From Paraspadella gotoi (Eukaryota > Animalia > Chaetognatha): a stretch of 9,666 bases of DNA. Positions 1 to 6,440 of this stretch are shown piece after piece; position 1 is the first letter of the stretch, and the number at the start of each line of letters is the position of its first letter. The notes below the pieces were generated by a model. That model did no database searches. It was not told where the DNA came from and saw only the letters and a program-made list of their open reading frames with translations. Both the position numbers and the translations under genes were made by a program. The stretch lies in contig JBJCIZ010000113.1 in NCBI GenBank assembly GCA_051294375.1, positions 1 to 9,666 of the forward strand, read 5' to 3'.

Positions 1-40
1 TCTCGTAACGTGGGCCGTGGGTCCCGGGATCAAATCCACA
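1..40 (-). repeat. 3' LTR, first 40 bp (U3 start); the rest lies left of the window
   Basis: 40/40 identity with 5334-5373; begins TGTGGAT on the minus strand directly after the PPT. Confidence 0.93.
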
Positions 41-48
41 TCCCCCCC
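41..48 (-). other. Polypurine tract (plus-strand primer)
   Basis: Minus strand reads CT-GGGGGGGA-TGTGG, so the purine run abuts the 3' LTR. Confidence 0.85.
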
Positions 49-185
49 AGACGAAAAGTCATGGTTTTCGGAAACGGATTGGGCTCAATCAGGTAATTAG
101 TGATTTGATAAGGACTTTAACTACTATATGTACATATTATACATAAACAATAAACAATAACAATTAAATCATAAAGAGTTTTATC

Positions 186-3100
186 TCACTGTAAATCGAG
201 TAAATGGCGAACGACGTCATTATAGTTTGGTCGAACGAGTGAGTTTACGTTTTTATAAGAGAGATTTGATGGGCGTGGACGCAAGGAACGCCTTGGCGGT
301 GGGCGTGACTGGTGTTGAATCTCTGTAGGTGGCGCTCGAGTCGATGTGGTCGTCGGGGAGATAGGAGGAGCGCCAAAGGGTAGTGATGGTTCCGAGCTTG
401 GACTCTCGGAGATTTTGTTTTCTTTAACGCCGTTGTCGTCATCGGAATTGGGCGTGGCTTCATCTGGAGGCGCTTGTGCTTCCGGTTCTTGGATCGGTCG
501 AGATTGTTGATGTCGACGAGTAGATGAACGTGTTTGTCGAGACGTTGGTGGCGGCTGGCGAGTTCTTGGACCTGGGCGTCGGCCGGGAGGTGGAGGCGAA
601 GGTGGTGGAGAGGGCTGGGAGACGCACTCTTCCCCGTCGCTGTCTCGCCAAAGAGTTGCCGGTTTGATGCGAGAGATCGCGATCGTCTCGATACCGCGAC
701 CGGGCATTTCGACCTTGAAGTTGAGGTTATCTCGATCTATGACCCGAAAAGGGCCATCGTAAGGCGCCGTGAGGGTAGTTTTGATGCCTGACCGCTGTAT
801 AAACACATGAGTGGCGTCTACCAGCGTATCTGGGAGATAAAGGCGCGGGGATCGATGGGCTGAGGTTTCGGTGGGTTGAAGCCTTTCAACTTCCACTCGC
901 AGATTGTCTCGAAGCTGGCGGCGTTTTCCTTGAAGCCGATCGTCGTCGATTGGAGGTGGTAGGACGTCGCCGGGTACTGCGAGGCCCTCGCCGAAGACGA
1001 GCTCGGCTGGCGATGCTCCCAAGTCCGGCTTGATTGTTGTCCTGATGGCTAATAACGCTGCTGGTAGTCTCCAGAACCATTTGTTGGGTTCGTCGACGCC
1101 CAATGCGACTAAGGCTTCTTTCAGGCGCCTATGAAATCGTTCGACGAGTCCATTCGACTGTGGATGGTAGGCCGCTGTTGTGTGGTGTTTAATGCCCCAC
1201 GTTTGGGCCAATTGCGTCCATATTGTCGACGTGAACTGAGCGCCCCGGTCAGTCGTGATGGCCGCGGGGATCCCGAACTGGGCTATCCAGCCATGGGTGA
1301 TGGCGTCGATGACGGACGTAGTCGTCATGTCCTTCATGGGGATCGCTGCCGGCCATCTGGAGAATCTGTCGACCACTGTAAGCAGGGAGCTGTAGCCGTT
1401 TGATGTGGGCATGAGGGTGATGTCGACATTAAGATGATTAAACCTCTTAGCTGGGACCTCGAACTCGCCGATATTCGGGGTCACGTGACGAGTGACCTTT
1501 GCCCGCTGGCAGGGGATGCATTCCCTCGCCCAGCGGGTCGTGTCGGCTCGAAGGGACGGCCAAACGAATTTCGCGGAGATTGTCTCACGCGTTCTTGCGA
1601 TGCCGGGATGGCCTAGTCCATGAATCGTATCGAAGATCCTCTTACGCCAGGATTCGGGCACGAAAGGTCTCGCTGGGCCGTTAGACACGTCGACGAACAG
1701 TTGCTGGTTGCCGACGGTTACCTTCCTGAATTGGAGACCGGTTCTGGCGTCGTTGGAGAGACGCTGGAAATCGAGATCGAGGGCTTGATGCCTCGCCATC
1801 TCTTCCAGGTCGATGCCTTCCTGTCCGATGGCGTTGACGGTGGCCTTGAGGTCGTCGACCTTCTCTTGAGGGACTGGTCGATCTACCGTTGCGACTGGAG
1901 GTGGGTTGGGTCTTGATAGGGCATCCGCGACCACGTTTGCCTTTCCTCTAACGTGTCTGATATCTGTGGTAAATTCCGATATCACTGACAGTTGAAAGTT
2001 GTGTCGGGTGGTTTGGGGCTCTGCTTTTTTGTGGAGGGCATGGATCAATGACTGATGGTCAGTGTATAAAGTAAAGGATCTGCCTTCCAGCCAGTGTCGG
2101 AAGTGCCTGACCGCCCTGAATGCTCCGTAGAGTTCTCGGTCAAATGGCGGCCATCTTCTTTGCGACGTGTCGAGCTTCGCTGAAAAGAAGGCGAGTGGCT
2201 CCCACCCTTGAGGCGTCCTTTGCTCAAGTACCGCGCCGACTGCGATGTCAGAGGCGTCGGTCGTCAGAGCCAATTGGGCGTCTGTTTGAGGGTGTCGGAG
2301 CAGGGCTGCATTGGCCAAGGCCTCCTTGACGGCGATGAAGGATGCTGAGCACTCCTTGGTCCAGTTGAGCTGTTTCGGTTTGCCCGCGAGGATGTCGTAT
2401 AGGGCTGCTGCATGCCTGGCTGCGTTCGGTATAAAGCGTCGATAGTAATTGACCATTCCAAGGAATCTTTGTAATTCCTTGATGGTCGTCGGCGGGTTGG
2501 TGGAGCGGATAGCCTCAACCTTTTGGGGAAGGGGCTTGACACCAGTGGCGTCCACCAAGTATCCGAGGAATTCTAGTGATTCCTGGCCCAAAATGCATTT
2601 TTTGCGATTTACGACGAGGCCATTCTCGGCGAGGGAGTTGAACACTGCCTCGAGATCTTTCAAATGCTCTTCCGCATCGACGCTGGCGACGAGAATGTCG
2701 TCGAGATATACGTAGGTGTGCGGGATATCCCCCAATATCTCGTCCATCATTCTTTGAAAGTCTTGCCCTGCGTTTTTTAAACCGAAGGGCGTCCTCAAGA
2801 ATACAAAGAGTCCGAACGGGGTGATGACCGCCGTTTTAGGAACATCCTCTTCAGCTACCGGGATCTGATGGTAGCCTTTAAGCAGGTCAATTTTCGAGAA
2901 AATTTTCTTTCCCGAAAGTTCAGCGTTAAAATCCGCTAGCAATTTGACAGGGTAGCGGTCGTCTTTCGTTTTGGAGTTCAATCTGCGGAAATCCCCACAG
3001 CACCGCCACCCTCCGTCGGCTTTTGGCACGCAGAGTAGTGGGGACGACCAGGAGCTTTTAGCTCTTTTCGCTATGCCGAGAGATACTAGTTTTTCTAATT

Positions 3101-3695
3101 CAGCTTTAGCCACTGCGAGTTTTTCGGGTGGAAGACGGCGTGCTCTCGATTGACAAGGGGTTCCAAAGGTCGGTATGTGGTGTTTGACCCCATGCTTCGG
3201 CTCCTTTATTTCAAAGGTGGGAGTTGAGAGAGTGGGGTAGCGATCGAGGAGCTTGTAAAACGCATTGTCCTTTTGATCGACGAAATTCACTCGAGACGGT
3301 GGACTGGCCTCCGATATGTCGCATGTAATGGTCGTGAGGTCGCGTAGGTCAATTAGAGTGCCGTCTCGGTGATTAGGGGCGAGGTAGAATTCGGCTAGAA
3401 AATCTGCGCCCAATATGTTTTGTGTGACGTCGGCTGCCACGACGTTGAAGGAAAAAACTCTTGACCCCAGTACAATGCGTCGATGAACGACGCCATAGGA
3501 GTTGATGGGGGTTCCATTGGCCGCCTGTAATTGAGGTCCGATAGGGCCTGCTACCCGCTGTGCTGCTGTGGGTGGCACGAGGGAGATCAGTGCGCCGCCG
3601 TCAACCAACCATTGGCGGCCATCGGCAGCGTCTTTAACGTAAAGCAGATAACTATCGGGTGAATTGTCGTTTTCGGCGCGGGGTACAGCGTTCAC
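186..3695 (-). CDS. pol: Pol polyprotein (aspartic protease, reverse transcriptase, RNase H, integrase), probably made as a Gag-Pol fusion by -1 frameshift
   Basis: 1169 open codons. PR: LVDGGA (D at 3600-3602) and ILGADFL. RT: SPLLCVPK, GDFRRLN, KIDLLKGYHQIP, PFGLKNA, YLDD (2697-2708), LEFLG. RH: TDAS, DRELY, TDH, ADALSR. IN: HGLGH...CIPC zinc motif, VD...TTDRG...VER with D-35-E spacing, and the GPY/F motif APYDGPFRV. The GTG start in the ORF track is probably not a real initiator. Confidence 0.97.
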   Translation of the reverse strand: MNAVPRAENDNSPDSYLLYVKDAADGRQWLVDGGALISLVPPTAAQRVAGPIGPQLQAANGTPINSYGVVHRRIVLGSRVFSFNVVAADVTQNILGADFLAEFYLAPNHRDGTLIDLRDLTTITCDISEASPPSRVNFVDQKDNAFYKLLDRYPTLSTPTFEIKEPKHGVKHHIPTFGTPCQSRARRLPPEKLAVAKAELEKLVSLGIAKRAKSSWSSPLLCVPKADGGWRCCGDFRRLNSKTKDDRYPVKLLADFNAELSGKKIFSKIDLLKGYHQIPVAEEDVPKTAVITPFGLFVFLRTPFGLKNAGQDFQRMMDEILGDIPHTYVYLDDILVASVDAEEHLKDLEAVFNSLAENGLVVNRKKCILGQESLEFLGYLVDATGVKPLPQKVEAIRSTNPPTTIKELQRFLGMVNYYRRFIPNAARHAAALYDILAGKPKQLNWTKECSASFIAVKEALANAALLRHPQTDAQLALTTDASDIAVGAVLEQRTPQGWEPLAFFSAKLDTSQRRWPPFDRELYGAFRAVRHFRHWLEGRSFTLYTDHQSLIHALHKKAEPQTTRHNFQLSVISEFTTDIRHVRGKANVVADALSRPNPPPVATVDRPVPQEKVDDLKATVNAIGQEGIDLEEMARHQALDLDFQRLSNDARTGLQFRKVTVGNQQLFVDVSNGPARPFVPESWRKRIFDTIHGLGHPGIARTRETISAKFVWPSLRADTTRWARECIPCQRAKVTRHVTPNIGEFEVPAKRFNHLNVDITLMPTSNGYSSLLTVVDRFSRWPAAIPMKDMTTTSVIDAITHGWIAQFGIPAAITTDRGAQFTSTIWTQLAQTWGIKHHTTAAYHPQSNGLVERFHRRLKEALVALGVDEPNKWFWRLPAALLAIRTTIKPDLGASPAELVFGEGLAVPGDVLPPPIDDDRLQGKRRQLRDNLRVEVERLQPTETSAHRSPRLYLPDTLVDATHVFIQRSGIKTTLTAPYDGPFRVIDRDNLNFKVEMPGRGIETIAISRIKPATLWRDSDGEECVSQPSPPPSPPPPGRRPGPRTRQPPPTSRQTRSSTRRHQQSRPIQEPEAQAPPDEATPNSDDDNGVKENKISESPSSEPSLPFGAPPISPTTTSTRAPPTEIQHQSRPPPRRSLRPRPSNLSYKNVNSLVRPNYNDVVRHLLDLQ

Positions 3696-3722
3696 CGGCG
3701 CTGCCCCGCGGCGCCGTTTCCC
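3677..3722 (-). promoter_or_regulatory. Programmed -1 ribosomal frameshift signal (slippery heptamer plus stem-loop)
   Basis: G GGA AAC (3722-3716) is in the gag frame, followed by a 5-nt spacer GGCGC and the hairpin CGCGGGG-CAGCG [CCGGTGAA] CGCTG-TA-CCCCGCG (3710-3677). Pol is in the -1 frame and is open from the heptamer onward. Confidence 0.9.
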
Positions 3723-4768
3723 GCTTGCGGCTGCTTGCGATCGCGCCGCTCACCTTTACGAGCGCAACCTCGCTCACAACGAAAGGCGGCGTCGCCGAAT
3801 TTTAAATGCCATCGGCAGACTTGCTTAAGGCGCGCATTTGGCGGGCGGGTCAATGTCGACGGTCCATTCGAGGCGTTTGAGCGCCAGTTGTCTGTGTGAG
3901 GATGAGTCCTCTCGCGGCGTTGTCCTTGGACAGCGCTGACTCCGGCGCTGTTATCATCGTCAGACGCTCCGCTCTCTGAATCCTCGAACTGCTTGTCGAG
4001 GGTGGCGGCGTTGATCGCAGATGTCGGCGCCGCGAGAGTCGGCTGGCCTTCGGCGTCAAAAAACTTGTCGGCGGCATCAGCAAGCTGCGACGCCGTCCAA
4101 TCGTCGGCCTTGTCTTCTATGGAGCGGCGGATCTCGAGTGGGAGTCCCCTGATGATGGTCTCCTTCTTAATATCATCGAGCGTGACCGCCTTTACCTTCT
4201 CTTCCAATCGCGCGAGGTGTTGGGAGGGGCGTAAGCCATCGCGGTTGAAACCGTCGAGGATAATCGCCGCCTGTTGTCGTCGCGTTGTTCCATACTCCTT
4301 TCGGAGATAAGCGATGAAGTTTCTCCAATTAACCTCGGTAGGTTCACCATAGAGGTAAGAGTTGACTCGGGGGTTGACGTCAGCGCCGATCTTGGACTCT
4401 AGATGGGCGAATTTCTCGCTGGCGTCCTTGATGCCGGCGCGGACGTAGGCTGCCTCCACTCGACGTATCCAAATGTCGATGTTTTTCGAATCAAATGCCG
4501 GCAATTCCGGCTTCCTTTTCTTTTCTAAGGCTTTGAGGGCCGCTGCGAGGGCTGTGCGAAGAGTTTCTGTCTCGTCGATGCCGGCTGCGGTCGCCATGGC
4601 TCCGTTGGTGAAACCGTTGAGGTTGGCTGGCGCCGGAAGGAAATCGAAAGTGGGGGCGTTTGGCGAGTTTTCTCTTGAGCGACGGCCTCGGTTAAATATT
4701 TGTGGGACGTTGAGGATATTCTCTTGTCGGAAACGTGCAGCTTGACGGGTCTCTCGAGATTCGCTCAT
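3692..4768 (-). CDS. gag: Gag (capsid/nucleocapsid) with a CHCC zinc knuckle
   Basis: 358-aa ORF between the PBS and pol; KPELPAF...W...VEA and LRPSQHL resemble CsRN1-type Gag motifs; CRWHLKFGDAAFRCERGC = C-X2-H-X9-C-X3-C at 3764-3817. Confidence 0.93.
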   Translation of the reverse strand: MSESRETRQAARFRQENILNVPQIFNRGRRSRENSPNAPTFDFLPAPANLNGFTNGAMATAAGIDETETLRTALAAALKALEKKRKPELPAFDSKNIDIWIRRVEAAYVRAGIKDASEKFAHLESKIGADVNPRVNSYLYGEPTEVNWRNFIAYLRKEYGTTRRQQAAIILDGFNRDGLRPSQHLARLEEKVKAVTLDDIKKETIIRGLPLEIRRSIEDKADDWTASQLADAADKFFDAEGQPTLAAPTSAINAATLDKQFEDSESGASDDDNSAGVSAVQGQRRERTHPHTDNWRSNASNGPSTLTRPPNARLKQVCRWHLKFGDAAFRCERGCARKGERRDRKQPQAGNGAAGQRR

Positions 4769-4815
4769 TTATGTGCTTGGCGGGCCGTTTGAAGGTTGGA
4801 TAAGGTTGGGAAATG

Positions 4816-4833
4816 TTCTCGTTGGGTGCACCA
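4816..4833 (-). other. Primer-binding site (tRNA not identified)
   Basis: TGGTGCACCCAACGAGAA starts 1 nt after the LTR terminal CA; its complement TTCTCGTTGGGTGCACCA has tRNA 3'-end geometry (CCA end, discriminator A, C at position 61). Confidence 0.85.
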
Positions 4834-4834
4834 A

Positions 4835-5373
4835 TGTGGATGGCGTCAGCTTTACCGGAAGTGGCGTCAACGCTGACGCTCGTCGCATCAACCAAATGTT
4901 CGTTGAGCTTGGTATTAAAAATAATTTAACCAACTGCTTGGTTATTCATGTAAAAGGGAACCTTAATAAAATAATCAAAGCATATAGATATTCCTCTGCT
5001 TTTGCCAACAAGCAATAGAAATATCTATATAATAAACAATTCAATTCGAGCAATTAATTAATTAATTAATAACAGATTAATTATAAAAGCAATATAATGA
5101 CCTAATTAATAACGAATTGGATTCCTTGGTTATTTGGTTCATTTGACTTTTGTGAAATATGAGAATAATTTCTAAATAGAATCAAGTTACATTTTGATCA
5201 GCTGTTTTCTACTAGATGGAGTAGTTGTTTGAGTTTAAATAAAACAAAAGATGAAATGTTAACATTAGTAAGTTGATAAAGTAACCTAAAGCATAAATAT
5301 CTCTAACTGATAAAGTTGGTGATATTGGCCGTGTCTCGTAACGTGGGCCGTGGGTCCCGGGATCAAATCCACA
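4835..5373 (-). repeat. 5' LTR, 539 bp
   Basis: TG...CA termini with a 7-bp inverted repeat TGTGGAT/ATCCACA; the right end matches 1-40 and the left end abuts the PBS. Confidence 0.92.
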
Positions 5374-5383
5374 TGCTAAAAGG

Positions 5384-5529
5384 AAAAAAAAAAAAAAAAA
5401 ATATCTAAGTCTCCCTTAGCTTCTCTAAAGGAAGAAAAGAAAGGAGTGGGAGTTTAAGAAAAGAAAAAGAAAAGAAAAGACAAAAGGAGGAGTTTAAAGA
5501 AAAGAAAAGTAAAAGGAGGAGTTTAAAGA
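5384..5529 (+). repeat. Poly(A) run and purine-rich degenerate tandem repeat flanking the insertion
   Basis: A18 at 5384-5401; AAAAGGAGGAGTTTAAAGA at 5482-5500 and 5511-5529, a variant near 5441, with GAAAA units between them. Confidence 0.8.
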
Positions 5530-5680
5530 CTAGGAATTGTTGAATTTTGTTCCTTTGTTTATTTTTAGATGCGAGTTATCATCTGGATCTATTTGTCCTC
5601 GCCATTTTGTCTGGTGAACCTCCCCTTTGTCTAAATTCGAGATTGTCGCTTCGAGATCTTCGATTTAAATTGAAAACTTC

Positions 5681-5778
5681 TTTTCTGGAACCAGGTGTGC
5701 ACGATATTAGGCCTTCCCTTCTTTTCTTGAATTTTTTTTCTGACCAGGTGTTGCACGGATATTAGGCCTTCCCTTCTT
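5681..5778. repeat. Imperfect ~43-bp direct duplication
   Basis: TTTTCTG(GA)ACCAGGTGT(T)GCAC(G)GATATTAGGCCTTCCCTTCTT at 5681-5723 and 5736-5778. Confidence 0.85.
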
Positions 5779-6211
5779 GTCGCAGGCCAACAGTTCTCTC
5801 GATGGACAACGTGCAATCTCTCAAAATGGAAGTCACAAGTTCAGGTTGGGAGAAATTGAAGGGGTGGGAGGAAGGTTAGTTTCGGGCTGAATACAAACAT
5901 TGAAATAATATTTAGTTATTTTTTACAAGAAAGCTTTTTGTACTTCTCTTGGTTAGCTACACAGCTATCTTTTATTAAATGAATAACATTCTAACCGTAA
6001 ATAGGTCCATCTTACAAAAGTTAATAAATCAAACTAATACGCTATATTATGAATTTTTCTCAGTTTTGCTCTTGACTTTTCAAAACGCGATTAAGAAGTC
6101 AAGGAAAAAAAGATGATACAAATTCAAATCATGACTTTCATCACTGTACCTAACTAATCGAACCACCTCCACTCTGGTCCCCACCCCCTACCCGGCCCAC
6201 CCCCACCTTAG

Positions 6212-6318
6212 GCCCTGGAGAGAAGCCTTCTTCCTCGGCGTCCGAGAGAATGTCTCACTGGCGTCCTCGTGTTTCATCGCCATCGGTCTGTCAGTCTTTC
6301 TCATCTCCTCTTTTGCAG
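6212..6318 (+). CDS. Candidate internal exon of a host membrane protein (possibly tetraspanin-like small loop plus TM2)
   Basis: GC-rich island with branch-like CTAAC at 6150-6154, an AG-free C-rich tract, acceptor TTAG ending at 6211 and donor CAG|GTAGAA at 6319. It encodes PWREAFFLGVRENVSLASSCFIAIGLSVFLISSFA(G), with many C-ending codons and a hydrophobic helix. No partner exons were identified. Confidence 0.45.
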
Positions 6319-6320
6319 GT

Positions 6321-6373
6321 AGAAGAGGAGAGCAGAGAGAGAGAGAGACGAGAGAGAGCGAGAGAGAGAAGAG

Positions 6374-6404
<31 letters not shown>

Positions 6405-6440
6405 CAGAGACATAGACAGGACAGAGACGACAAAAAGAGA
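6321..6440. repeat. Degenerate (GA)n/(GACA)n microsatellite
   Basis: AG dinucleotide runs grading into GACA units. Confidence 0.9.

Larger units (their letters stand above)
1..5373 (-). mobile_element. Ty3/Gypsy LTR retrotransposon, CsRN1-clade-like, apparently intact; 3' LTR truncated by the window edge
   Basis: LTR-PBS-gag-pol-PPT-LTR order on the minus strand; PR-RT-RH-IN order is Gypsy-type; the CHCC Gag knuckle is characteristic of CsRn1/Kabuki/Boudicca elements; bases 1-40 are identical to 5334-5373. Confidence 0.96.

Noticed and set aside
49-185. env-like or extra ORF between pol and the 3' LTR
   Set aside because: Only about 140 bp of AT-rich sequence, too short for such a gene.
3692-3695. 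GTGA start/stop overlap read as translational coupling or an independent pol start
   Set aside because: The context is eukaryotic and a complete -1 frameshift signal lies just upstream.
245-4745. Many 60-105 aa ORFs overlapping gag and pol on either strand (e.g. 534-791, 1620-1916, 3993-4310, 4473-4745)
   Set aside because: Expected shadow frames of GC-rich coding DNA; no motifs, and many rely on non-ATG starts.
4692-5018. ORFs 4692-4895 (-) and 4773-5018 (+) crossing the LTR and PBS
   Set aside because: Non-ATG starts, no recognisable product, and they overlap cis-acting sequence.
4834-5374. LTR one base longer at each end (T41 = T5374, and A4834 extends the inverted repeat)
   Set aside because: TG...CA termini are canonical for integrase substrates; the extra bases are best read as the PBS and PPT junction nucleotides plus a chance match in the target site. 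The left junction outside the window would settle it.
5580-5606. Minus-strand ATG GCG AGG ACA (MART...), resembling the histone H3 start
   Set aside because: It diverges after four residues and stops after eight codons.
5441-5778. CRISPR-like array or Shine-Dalgarno (AGGAGG) reading of the short repeats
   Set aside because: Only 2-3 imperfect units, low-complexity spacers, no cas genes, and a eukaryotic context.
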